Made by a program: the position numbers and the translations under genes. Positions 50,661-63,223 of a stretch of DNA of 64,000 nt are shown here, one piece after another. The notes below the pieces were generated by a model. The model had not been told where the DNA came from and did not search any database. It was given only the letters and a program-made list of their open reading frames with translations. Each line of letters starts with the position of its first letter. Within the stretch, counting starts at the first letter, position 1. The DNA comes from Camelus ferus (Eukaryota). The stretch is from assembly GCF_009834535.1 (NCBI RefSeq), contig NC_045696.1, positions 115,012,001 through 115,076,000 on the forward strand, read 5' to 3'.

Positions 50661-53399
50661 CTAAATTTCCCTTCCTTTTTTTTTTCTTCACAACAACCTA
50701 CTTGGGCATTTATAAACTGATAAAGTAACATTCCAGAACTCAAAAGAAAGAGGATTGCAAATTTTGAAAAATTACATTTTAAAACAATTTAGCATTTTCA
50801 CAACCAATAGTAATGACTGTAATCATCATCATGCTACAAATATGAAAGTGGCTTGCCTCCCAAACATATGACTTCTGTGGTAATAGACATGGACACTTTT
50901 TCTTTTAAAACAATGTGTTTAAACCACCAAAAAGGAAAAAGATAGTTTAAAAAAATCAGATACATTCTTCTACCCCTTTTACTTTCCTTTCACTGAAAAG
51001 AACTGTAGGAAATGCTTACCAACAATAAGGAAAATTTCATCTCCTTGAGTGGGTAAGAATACATAACTTCAGTGACACCTAATTTTAACACGTACTTGCT
51101 AGATTTTTAAAACATTGCTCTGAGTGTATCTTTTGTTGTTTGTTTCGTTTTACCACAAACCACTTTCAATTTCTTTAGAGGTCTGGTTTTTTGAACTTTA
51201 ATTGGCTTTGACCCCTGGGGAAGGAAATTTAGAAATAGGTACAAATGGCTTTTGCATTAATGTGTTGAGGGAACAGATGCAAAAAATTAGAACTGAATTC
51301 CGGTGTCCCACAATATTGCTGAACATGTACATTTAACTTATTGTCCTCATGGCATTACCCCACTGCATTTTGTGATGACTTTATCAGGGGCTTGAAGGGG
51401 GAACATTTTCTCTTTGGATACAATTTCTTTCAGAGTCCTTCATCTTTCCATATCCTAACCCTGCTCTATTGCCTTTTCCATTAAGGTTCAATTATTTCAC
51501 ACTGACCTTGATCCCTTGAAACAGTTCCTCAATTCATAACTTCTCCTGTCATCCAGCATTTTATTCTTAGCCTATTCTTAGCCAATTCTTAGTAATTACA
51601 GCACCATCTTGTCCTAAATACTTGTGTAGAAATAATAGAACCCACTGCTCAGCTCAAGACAGTAATTACCGCCTAATCTTATCCTATTCAGAATCGCCAC
51701 TTTTCTTCAGAATTATTCTGAGAAAATAATCCTCTTTACAATCAACCATTTAGCTTGATATTCATTTTGTTTCTGACTTTGATGTCTCAAAAGTAAAAGC
51801 AGTGTAAAAATCAATAAAGCCACAGGTCCAGAGGTGACAGTTTTCAAACGAATGCTGTCTATTACAATCACTTAGGGAAGCTCTTTTATGAGTAAAACCT
51901 GGGAATGGTGTTGAAAATATCCTATGGGAAACTACTATGCAATTAATTGAACTTGTTGAAATTTCTACCTTCTCTAATTGTTTTGCAGTCATAGACTCCT
52001 TAGAGATAGATGTTCAGTCAATTCAGAGACATACGGCATATGGCGTGCAACCTGTAGCTTTAGAAAATGATAAATTCACATCGGAATCGGTGTTCGGCAA
52101 CACCAAAGTGTCTTCTAAATATGAATGCTTATAAAAACGACTCAATATTCACTCATTGGCTTATCGATCAATTCAAAAAATACGTTTTGAGAACCCACCA
52201 AGCACAGTTCGAGGTAGTGGAGAGAAATCAAATAAAAATGAAAGACAGGAAAGGTTTGGATTGTGCTGTCATGAAGCACCTTAGAAGAAGGAAATGAGCA
52301 GCAATAGCAGACAGCGACCAGTGGCGGGAAGGTGAAGCCGAGCAATAAGACAGGGAGTGAGTGTGTGCAGGGACTGCTTTAGGTTGCGTGAGTAACCGGG
52401 GGACAAAGACCTCTGTGTGAATGAACTTGCTACATTTGAGAAACAGAAGCGTGTCTATACCTGGAAACCAGAAATGGAGAAAGAGAAAAGTACAAAATGA
52501 GAGAGGAGAGTGTAACCAACTTCAGAGTTGAGGGGTTTGCACTTCATTCTAATTGCAATGGGCACATAGAGGAGGGTTTTGAAGAAACAGCTGTGAGGAA
52601 GAATCTTTTTTTTTAATCTGATTTTCATTGTCAGAAATATCACTTAGACTTGCTGCTGTCAGGAGAATGGACTGCAGGAGGCATGAGGTACTCATGGAGA
52701 GCGGCCCAAGCACTGTCTTCAGGCTGGGATGCCATGCTGGGGGTAGTCACCCTGGAGGGGACAATGTGGCACTCATTGTTTTCAGGGAATTGATTGACAG
52801 CTCTTTAACTCTCCAATACACTCTTTTCTAAAACTGGCCTTCCTGAAAATACTCTATGCAGGTTCTACTTTCTCACTTCCCCTTTCACAATTTATAAAAG
52901 AAAGTTTCACCCCTATCCACCCAAAATCTACTATGGGGTATATAGCTCGCCCTGGTAAAACCCTCTAGGACACCAAACTATGAGACCATTAGAAATACTG
53001 GGTTTGGCAGAAAAAGTGAATGACTCTAGTCACGGAATAACAAATTCTTTTGCAGATCAGGTGATTTCCAATTCTTCACTTTAACAAGATTGTTGAAAAC
53101 ATTTTTTGGTAGATTACAACGTGATTGCAGACATAGAGAGAGATCCAAAAATTCAGTACTATTGCCAGAACAAAACTTCCATTGTCCATCTACTTATGCA
53201 AATGAATATAATAATCAGTGCACACAAAATGAATATAATAATCTATAAGCACACAAAAAATAGAAAGAGAATTAATGCTGAAGTCTATATCATTCTTAAT
53301 ATTAGTAACATTTGTTATTTTATGTTCTTTTAATCAGCTATAAATAATAACCACAAGAAAAATTTAACACATGGAGTTTTATGATCACAAGAGATCACC

Positions 53400-54530
53400 T
53401 TTGTTGATTTTTTTATACTGTTAAGTATTCTTTTAGGTAAATATGCCATAAATTGTTTATCCATTAGCTGTTTAAGGATACTTGAAAATTTTCTAGTTTT
53501 TTTGTATTTTAAATAAAGGTTCTATGCACATTCACATACAAGTCTTTTCATGGAGATCTGTTTTCATGTCTCTTGTGTAAATATTTAGAAGTGGAATTTC
53601 TGAGTCATTTGTTAAATGTATATTTAACTCTTTATAATTTCTAAATTGTATTGAAGTGTATAGTCAGTTTGCAATGTTGCATCAATTTCTGGTGGACAGC
53701 ATCATGTCTCAGTCATACATACACATACATACATCCCTTTTCATATTCTTTTTCATTACAGGTTACTACAAGATATTGAATATAGTTCCCTGTGCTCTAC
53801 AGTAGGAACTTACTGTTTACCTATTTTATATAAAGTAGTTAGTCTCTGCTAATCTGGAACTCCCAATTTATCCCTTCCCGCCCCTTTTCCCCACTGGTAA
53901 CCATAGATTGTTAAAATGTTTATTTAACTTTAAAAGAAGCTGCCACACCACAGTGGTTGTACATTTCACACTCTTACCACAAAGTGTTACAGCCCTGACT
54001 GCCCTGCATCCTCACTGATACTTGCTGTTTTTCAGAACATTTAATAATCACCATTCTAGTAGTGCAATGCTGGTGTCTCTTTAAAGTTTTAATTTGCATT
54101 GTCATGATGACTAATGATACTGATAATCTCTTCTTGTGGCTATCTGTATACCTTCCTCTGTGAGGTGTATGTTAAAATATTTTGCCATTTAAAAAAATAG
54201 GTCGTTTTTCTTATTAATTGAGTTATAAATTTCTTTTTAAAATTTTGGATAAAAGTTCCTTTTGGGTATATGTATTAGCAGTACTTTCTTCCACTCTGTG
54301 GCTTGCTTTTCATTTTCTTAAGGAGAAATTTTGAAAACCAGATAATTTTTAATTAAATAAAATCCAATTTATTAATTTTTTTCTTTTATGATTAGCGCCT
54401 TTTGTGATCTAAGAAAACTTCGCCTAATCCAAGAACATAAAAATATCTCCCCTGTTTTCTTCTAGAAATTTTGTAATTTTCTTTTCATGCATGGGTCTTT
54501 GATACATTTGAGTTTAATTTTGTATATGGT
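53400..54530 (-). mobile_element. old L1M ORF2/3' fragment, interrupted by a younger L1
   Basis: ttgtttatccatt...gtggaatttctgagtcat...ttttaatttgcatt...gatgactaatgat...tttgagtttaattttgtatatggt. Confidence 0.75.
53630..53913 (-). mobile_element. younger L1 3' end with TSD
   Basis: Flanked by aaatgtatatttaact (53614-53629) and aaatgtttatttaact (53914-53929). Confidence 0.85.
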
Positions 54531-54598
54531 GGGGATTGAACCCAGGACCTCGTGCATGCTAAGCAGCTCACTTTACTACTGAGCTATACCCTCCCCCC
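54531..54598 (-). mobile_element. vic-1-type SINE, tRNA head only
   Basis: ggggattgaacccaggacctcgtgcatgctaagc...ctgagctataccctcccccc; no tail. Confidence 0.8.
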
Positions 54599-54616
54599 AC
54601 TGTCTGATAAATTCTT

Positions 54617-55290
54617 TTTTTAATGTTAATTATTTTTTACTTTTTTATTGAGTTATAGTCACTTTACAATGTTGTGTCAAATTCCAGTGTAGAGCACAAT
54701 TTTTCAGTTATACATGAACATGTATATATTCATTGTCACATTTTTTTTGCTGTGAGCTACCTCAAGATCTTGTGTATATTTCCCTGTGCTATACAGTATA
54801 ATCTTGTTTATCTATTCTGCATATGTCTGTCAGTATCTACAAATTTTGAAATCCCAGTCTGTCCCTTCCCACCCCCCCTTCCCCTTGGCAACCACAAGTT
54901 TGTATTCTATGTCTATGAGTCTGTTTCTGTTTTGTATTTATGTCCTGTTTTTTTTAAGATTCCACACATGAGCAATTTCATATGGTATTTTTCTTTCTCT
55001 TTCTGGCTTATTTCCCTTAGAATGACATTCTCCAGGAACATCCATGTTGCTGTAAATGGCATTATGTTGTCGGTTTTTATGGCTGAGTAGTATTCCATCA
55101 TATAAATATACCACATCTTCTTTATCCAGTCATCTGTTGATGGACATTTAGGCTGTTCCCATGTCTTGGCTATTGTAAATAGTGCTGCTATGAATGTTGG
55201 GGTGCAGGTGTCATCCTGAAGTAGGGTTCCTTCTGCATATAAGCCCAGGAGCGGGATTCCTGGGTCATATGGTAAGTCTATTTCTAGTTT
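54617..55290 (-). mobile_element. young L1 3' end, including ORF2 C-terminus
   Basis: ORF 54913-55116 (MWYIYMMEYYSAIK...MPFTATWMFLENVIL.EISQKEK.KYHM) is the L1 ORF2 C-terminus; taaattctt is repeated at 54608-54616 and 55298-55306. Confidence 0.92.
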
Positions 55291-55499
55291 TGTCCTGTAA
55301 ATTCTTAAAAGTGGAATGGCTGCATCAAATGGTGTTGGCCTCTGTAACTTTTATACATATCGTCAAATACCTTCCATGGAGATGTTCCATACCATTTCAT
55401 GTATAAAGAAAAAACTTAATAATAACACATTTAAATTTTTATCCATCTTATTCTCTTTTCAGACATTTTATTTTTATATTTGATATAAACTTCCCAATT

Positions 55500-56450
55500 G
55501 CCTTTAAAGGCATTTAAGCCTCATGATTGCCTTTAAAGAAATTTAGTAATAGGAAAACTTTATATTTTTCTACATTTCTATTTATTATGCTACTCATTCC
55601 GTTAGGTTGATTCAAATTTCCGTTTGGCATACTTGTCCTCCAGCCTAAAAAACTTTTAACGTTTCTCTTACTGCAGCTGTGTTGGGGAAAACATATCTCA
55701 GCATTTGTTTCTCTGAAAATATCTTTGTTGTTGTTGTTGTTTTATTTTTGAAGTATTTTTTTCCTGGTAGCATAATTTTAAAACCCAGGTTTATTTTTTC
55801 CCTTCAATTACTTTATTTTTGTCATTTCATTGTCATATGGATTGCATTTGATCTGATGAGAAGCTAGTGATACTATCTTTGTTTCTTTATATTTAATATA
55901 CTTTTTATAGTTGTTTTACTTTCTTTTTAATCTTCTGTTCGCAACAGTTTTCTTAAAATGCATCTTGGTGTTCTATTTGGTTTATTTATTTTTCTGAAGA
56001 TTCTTTGAGCTTCTTAGATATGTGGGTTGATATTTCTTATCAAACTTCAAACTTGAAACATTTTTTTGGCCTCTATTTTCTTTTTCTTTTTTTAAACTAT
56101 TTTCTTAAATTACTTTTTTTCCCCTCCTTTCTGAGACTGCAGTTACATATATGCTGGGCCTTTTGATATTGTCCCACAAGTTCCTGAATATTTCTTTATT
56201 ATTTCAACTTTTTTTCACCTCTCTCTGTTTCTGTTCAAATGGTTCAGTAAGGCTTTTTCATCAAGTCCACAAATCTTTTCTTCTGTAGCTCCTAATCAGC
56301 TCCGAGGCCCATCCAGTGAAATTTTATTTCAGACATTGTATTTTCTGCCACTTTAATTGCATTTGGTTCTATTTTTGTAGTTTCTATTTATATTTTCATT
56401 TTGTTCATGTTTTCCTTTAAATCTTTAAATATAGTAATAACAATATTTTA
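55500..56450 (-). mobile_element. very old L1M internal fragment
   Basis: T-rich decayed L1 (tctcagcatttgtttctctgaaaatatcttt...ttttgatattgtcccacaagttcctga...cccatccagtgaaatttt). Confidence 0.6.
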
Positions 56451-58139
56451 AGGTCCCATTTTAGGATCTGTGCTGTATATTTTATCCTTTAAGTTAAAAA
56501 AAAAAAAGATGATGGTGTTAGAGAAAGGGCAATTTGAGTATTTAGATTTCACATTCTCATGTGTTAAAAACGAAATAGAACAACATGCCATTAATGATCT
56601 GTAAATATTTAAGCATGTAATTCATAAAAATATGAAATAATACTTAGGTATTTGTTCACTCCTTAGCATTCATTTAGACTTCTCTTTCTTACCATGTAAG
56701 AAGTTGCACTATTATATTGAATGCCTAAAATGCATAAAGTAGGGCTAGATATTCTGAAAAGAAATTACTTTGACATTAATATTTTTAAGACTTACAATAT
56801 GTAAAAATAGTAAAATAACTTGCATAAAAAATACAGGTGTAACAGATAGATGAATATGTATAATCCCAAGTACCAATAATACAAGCAACAACTAATATCG
56901 TGTAGAATTTGAGTGTGTTGTAAAATGCAGGCATGATGAGAGTGATTATAGAGAAGTGTTTTTACACTGTTAATAAAACCTTAAGACAGGAGTCCTAAAT
57001 GAGTTTAAGTAATGAAATTTTCCTACAAGACAATGTTTATGTCCCTGTAATAATGGCTATATTCTGAAGTAGAAAAACATGATCTCTGTTCACCAAGAAG
57101 ACTATCTGATGTCTGTTGGTATTTTTAGAGTCCATTTCGGGCCAGAGAAAATGATCATAAGTTTAGTAAATGCAATATTACTAGTTATGTTCTGTTTTCT
57201 GAAGGGAAAGAGACACTATATAATGATAAAGAGAGCCTTCAAATTTCTAGGCTAACCAACCAGTCCGTTTTCAAGGTGTCTGATTTATTTAGTGACTGAG
57301 TGTATGTGACTTTGGAACATTTTTATCCCAGCTACTCTACAACTTGATTAAAATATAATATTCCGTGTACCCAGTGAGGGAGCAGATCCTTAAAGTAAGA
57401 TAGCACCATCCTGTTGGTACTTCCAGTGCTAATTAATGCCTATTGTTAAGTCCTAAAGAAATCCACTTTACATTGACTTCAGTGCTTTAAAAATGTTTTT
57501 TTTTTCCCCTTGAGATTTTATGGGCAATATCTAGAATTCAAAAAAAGAAAAAAATTTTAAATGATACCTGAAAAACTATCTGAAAGGTCTCTTCATCATT
57601 TAAAAGCCAAATAATTATTCTCAAATTTTCATGTGAGATCAGATCATGGAGAAATGGAGCCAAAAAGAAAAGAAAGCTATTGTCAATTTACTTTCACTTG
57701 TTGTTTAACAGTATTGATCTGGATCAGAACTATTCGGGACTATAATAACCTGTCAATGTTGCTGATATTCAAATTGGAGACAGGGATCTTGAAAGCTCAA
57801 GGTTTAAGGAGCTCTTGGAAGGCATAATCAAACAGACTTGTAGTCCAAGACTCCTGCTTCACATGTGGAAGGGATTTTCTCTCTAGGATCCAAACACGGT
57901 GCCTGAGAAATGTGTCTTTGCTTTTGCTGTAGAATCCTAATGCTTGTGCACAGACATTTGGGAAAAAAATGCAAGGGAGAGAGAAGTCAGGTGAAAGTTG
58001 TTCATTACACAAGGTGAATGAAACTGTCTAGCAACCCTCAGAATCGAATTCCACCTTACGTAGGATTTCTTCAGATTTCACCAGATGAGTCCCACTGCTT
58101 CATCTTCTCCACTATTTATATGGACCTGAATATTTTAAA

Positions 58140-59190
58140 AATGCTATTCTTTACTTTTTCCTCTTTTTTAACATTTCCTTTTGAAGAGACAAACTTTTAA
58201 CTTTGGTAAAATCCAGTGTATTAAATTTTTCTATTGTTTATGCTTTCTATGTTCAATTTTAAAAGTCTTTCCTAACCTTAGGTCACTAATATCTTCTTTT
58301 TTGTGTTACAAAAGTTGTATAATATTACCTCTTAAAATTAAGCCTATAATCCTTTGTCCATATTTGTGTATGGTGTGATGTAAGGGTCAAGTTTTATTTG
58401 TCTAATTTTTTTGCATATTAATATGCAGTTATTCTAACACCACTAATTGAAATGATTATCTTTTGTCCATTGAATTGCATTGGCACCTTGACAAAAATCA
58501 GTTGGCAAAGTATGTATTTTTAGACAGTTTATAATGTTCCATTCATCCATATGTCTATTTATACCCAGTACCACAGTGTCTTGATTAACATAGTTTTACA
58601 ATAATCCCTGAAACCATGAAGTATGAGTCCTATAATATTATTCTTCCTTTTACCAATATTTTGACTATTCTAAGTCCTTTGCACTTATGCATGATATATA
58701 TTTTAATATATATATGAATTTTTATAGAGATATCTTATATGCCTAAAAAAAGTCTACTGGGACATTAATTTAGGTTGCTTTGAGTCTATAGATCATTGTG
58801 AGGAGAACTGACTCTTTAACAATTTTAAATCTTAGGTCCATGGGCAAATATATCTATTAACTTGTATCTTAAAAAATACTCTCTCAGCAATTTTTTTTGT
58901 AGCTTTCAGTGTATGGATATTGTATGTTTTGCTCATTTTATACTCAAGGCCTTTTAATTTTATATCTTAGTAAATTGTGGTTTTACGCATTATTACCAAT
59001 GTATTTGGTCATATTCATATACAGAAATACAGTTGATTTTGTATATTGACAAAATCTTACAATTTTTCTGTAATTCTTATTAATTTTAGTAGTTTATTTT
59101 TTAAATTCTTTAGTATTTTCTGAATAGGTGATCAAATTATCTTAGAATAAAAAGAGTTTTGCTTATTTCCTTCCAATCTGTATGACATGA
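58140..59190 (-). mobile_element. old L1M ORF2 segment (antisense arm)
   Basis: tccattgaattgcattggcacctt...ccagtaccacagtgtcttgatt...agaaatacagttgattttgtatattgac. Confidence 0.8.
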
Positions 59191-59730
59191 AAGATGTCTC
59201 TTACAACTTTATGGAAAGAAGGCAAACAGCCCACATTAAAAATGAGCAAACTATTTGAGCAGTTTACCAGATATATGGGTGGCAAATATTTACATTAAAA
59301 ATGTTCAACATCATTAATCACTAAATGACACAAATTAAATCAATATCAGATACTATTATCCACCGTCTAGAATAATTAAAATTCAGAAAACTGAGAATAC
59401 AAAGCACTGTATCACTTTTGGTCGTATAAGAAAAATACATACATGTGTCCACACAAAAGTGTGTTTATAAATATTCATAGAAGCTTTGTTCAAAATCATA
59501 CTAAATTGGAAACAACTCAAATATCTGATGGATAAACAAATTCGTTATATTCTTACAATGGAGCAGTAGTCAGGCATAAATAGTACAAACAATGAGTACT
59601 TGCAACAATATGAGTGAATAGCAAAAGCACTGTGCTAAGTGAAAGTCAGACACAAGAAAAGTACATCCTGTGTTAGTCCATGTAAAATGAAGTCATAGAG
59701 ACTAATAACAAAATGAGTAATAGAAAACAA
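59191..59730 (+). mobile_element. old L1M 3' segment (sense arm; resumes at ~61530-61740)
   Basis: ctcttacaact...aaatgttcaacatcattaatca...tggaaacaactcaaat...tgtgctaagtgaaagtcagacacaa. Confidence 0.75.
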
Positions 59731-59737
59731 ACCACGT

Positions 59738-60990
59738 GTCTATTTTTGCTTTTGTTGCTTGTGCTATTGGAATTAGATTCATGAAAACTTTGCCAAGACC
59801 AGTGTCATGAAGGTTTTTCCTTATGATTTTTTTCTAGGTATTTTATAGTTTAGGTCTTATTTTTAAGTCTTTAATTTACTTTTGTGTTGGTCTTTGGGTA
59901 TGGTGTTAAGATGAGGATCCAATTTCATTATTTTTCCCAACATCATTTGTTGAAAGATTATTCTTTCCCTGTTGTGTATTCTTGGCTCCCTGTTGAAGAT
60001 CAATTGACTGTGTATGCATGGATTTACTTCTGGACTCTCTATTCTGTTCCATTAGTCCGTGTATCTTTCCTTATGCCATTATCATAATGTTTGGATTACT
60101 GTAGCTTTGTAATAAGTTCTGAAATCATAAAGTATAAGGACTTTTGCTCTGTTCTTTCTCAAGATTGTTTTCACTATTCTGAGTCCTTTGTGATTCCACA
60201 GAAATTTTAGGATTTTTTTCTGTTCCTGTAATAAACACCATTTAGGTTTTAATAAAAATTGTATCAAATCTGTAGACAGTTATGGGTAGCATGGACTTTA
60301 ACAATCTATGGACCCAGCATGTCTGTCCATTAGTTTGTGTCTTTAATTTCTTTCATCAGTGTTTTGTAATTTTCAATGCACAAGTGTTTCATCTCTTTAG
60401 TTAGGTTTATTTCTAAATATTTTACTCTTTTTATGCTGTTGTTAATGAAACTGTTTTCTTGATGTTATTTTCAGACACTTTGTTCTTAGCGTATAGAACA
60501 CAAATGATTTTTGTATGTTGCTTTTATATCCTGCAATTTTACTGAATAATTGTATTATTCTTAAAGAGTGTGTGTGTGTGTGTGTGTAATATTTAGGGTT
60601 TTCTATCTAAGAACATGTCATATGCAAACAGAAACAATTCTATTTCTTTGTTTTTAATTTAGAAGCCTTTTATTTATTTTTCTTGCCTAATTGCTCTGTC
60701 TAAGACTTCTAGTACTATGTTGAATAGAAGTGGCAACAGTGAGCATCCTTGTGTTGTTCCTCATCTTAGAGGAAAAATTTTTCAGTTTTTCACCATTGAG
60801 TATGCTATTAGCTATGAGCTTTTTAAATATTACCTTTATTATATTGAAATAATTTCCCTCTATTACTAGTTTCTTGAGTTTTTATCATGAAAGGATGTTG
60901 AATTTTATCAAATGCTTTTTCTGTATCTATTGAGATGATCATTGATTTTTCTCTTCTCTATTTATTTTGTCTCTGATCTTTATTATTCTC
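59738..60990 (-). mobile_element. L1MA/MB-like ORF2 segment (antisense arm), containing (TG)n at ~60568-60587
   Basis: tctatttttgcttttgttgcttgtgct...ttcccaacatcatttgttgaa...gagcatccttgtgttgttcctcatcttagagga. Confidence 0.85.
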
Positions 60991-61525
60991 TAGCATGTGC
61001 TCTAGAAATTCCACTTTTGTGTATTTATCTAAAAGCATGGAAACCAAGATCTCAAAGAGATATTAATGCTCCCATGGTCACTGCAACACTATTCACAGTG
61101 ACCAAAATGTAGAAGGAATCTAAATGCCCATCAACAGATGAATGAATAAAGAAAACGTGGTACCTACATGCAATGCAAAGTAATTCAGCCTTAAAAAAAG
61201 AAAGCAATCTTGCAATATGTGACAGCAGGGATGAACCTTGAAGACATTATGCTGTCACTGAAAGGCAAATATTGCAAGATTCCACATATATGAGATAGTC
61301 AAACTCATGGAAGCAGAGAATATAGTCGTGATTGTCAGGGACAGAGGCCGAGGGGAAACAGGGAGTTGACAATCAACAGGTATGAAGTTTCAGCGATGCA
61401 AGGTGAATAAATTCTAGAGATCTGCTGTATGATGGTGCTTATTGTCTGTACTATACACTTAAAATTGGATAAGAGGACATATCTTGTGTTAAGTGTTCTT
61501 ATCAAAATAAAATGAAAATGAAAAT
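60991..61525 (+). mobile_element. L1MA/MB-like 3' end (sense arm)
   Basis: ctaaatgcccatcaacagatgaatgaataaagaaaacgtggtac...gaataaattctagagatctgctgta...ttaagtgttcttatca, followed by an A-rich tail. Confidence 0.85.
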
Positions 61526-61529
61526 AAAG

Positions 61530-61740
61530 AAAAATAATCAGTGATTCCCAAGGCCAGGGGTAGGGCAGAAGATTAATTGCAAAGGAACAAGAGGCAGCTT
61601 ACTGTGGGTGCTAGAGATGCTCTGTATCATGACTGTAGTGGTACTTACAGGAAACTATGCACTTAACAAAACTCAAAACTTCTACACTTAAAATGAGTGG
61701 ATTTTATCGTATGTAAATAATACTTCACTAAAATCAACAC
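61530..61740 (+). mobile_element. old L1M 3' terminus (continuation of 59191-59730)
   Basis: tcagtgatt...gatgctctgtatcatgactgtagtggt...tacacttaaaatgagtggattttatcgtatgtaaataatacttca. Confidence 0.7.
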
Positions 61741-63223
61741 TCACTTACCCAAATGAGGCGGAAAACTGCAAAATCATTATTCGATTCAACAAACCATATT
61801 TATTATATAATTGTTTACTTTTTTCCTAGTTATCTAAAATGTGTTAAGAGCTTGAGAAAGACTCTAATCAGCATAAAACAATTGAGTTACTAAAATATTT
61901 TACTGTTATTCCTGTCAAAAGCAAGAGAAGTGCAATCTTTTACTTACTTGATTCAGCCTTATCAATGGATACATTTATTATTTTCTTATTCTTTGGAAAT
62001 TGTGATCATAAGCATATATGCCTTCTTATCCGATTCTCAACCCCCTGCAACCCCAGAAGCAACTGTTTTGAATATAAATAATAGAATGCCTCCAAACTAC
62101 TAAAAAACCCTTTGCATGGATCACTTTTTTACTCTTTCAGGATCTCAGGGAAATGAGTCATAAAAATATAAATTCTTCCATGTTTCTACTCATGAAAATA
62201 GCTTTAGCAGCTGTATTTCTAGAGGTGAAATCTTTGGCAGATGATGTAAGATTAGAATTTAGAGCGAGCTTCATCTGAAAAGTTGAGTCTGGAGCCTGGA
62301 ACAGAAAGGTATCTGCGTCACGGCTTGAGAAAATCTGGGTTCTTGCTTTTGCTTTACTTTCAACTAGTCATATGATCTTTAAGTCATAAATCCATAGGGT
62401 TGTGAAAATCAAGTACAGTGGGCATCAGATATCAGTATTACACGTTTCTGCTGGGACAGCCACTATCTCAGTGCGCGGGGTCCCTCCAGGCTCGGAGTGT
62501 GTGTGGCTTTGGGCTGTGATTGGGTACCACTAAGCCACTCCTTGGTGCCTCTCCCATTCTCACTCTCCCAACTTGAGGTGTGTGTTGGGAATGGGTAAGT
62601 CCCGGGAGCAGTTCTCCGTTCTCCAAGATCTCCCCTACATCACAAGGGTCCTCTGCTGCTTCCTGCCCTTCAAGAGACATGTCATAGGTTTCTCAATAAG
62701 TTCCTGCTTTTTCATACACCTGGACGAAAAGGCTGCTTCACCTCCCCTTCATGGCAGAAGGCCCTAAAGCAATGCATTGCAAATTCTTGCTGCCTGCTTG
62801 GATTCAAAGACATGAGAAAACAAAAAACACAAAAATAACCAAGAGAGCATACACAACTTAATGTCATTAATTTTCTCACTATACTGGCTTATGGGGAAGT
62901 GCTTTTTAATCTGTAAAACTCTACCCCAACATTAAGAAATTTTTAAATAATTTGAGTCTTACCTGTTCCAGGATTGGGCTGAAATTTTATGTGTGAATAT
63001 AGGAAAGGCTATGGATTATACTGATTGGGTTTGAGCCTCTAGAGACCCCCAGAACTGAGAATTACTTCTCAAACACTTTTCCCAAATCCTCCACTCTACC
63101 ATCTTTGGCCCCAGTTTCCCCAGCTGTACAGTGATAACTAGGAAGCCTTTCTGTCACAAAGGCTGATGTGCAGTCTTCTTCCAAATCCCACGGCCCAGGT
63201 TGAAATGGCCATTTCAATGGTGA

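Noticed and set aside
51937..52134. Terminal coding exon after ttttgcAG (51987-51988)
   Set aside because: The branch-like CTAAT is too close to the AG, the peptide is unrecognised and there are no supporting upstream exons.
54674..55090. 138-aa ORF
   Set aside because: Antisense reading of an L1 3' end.
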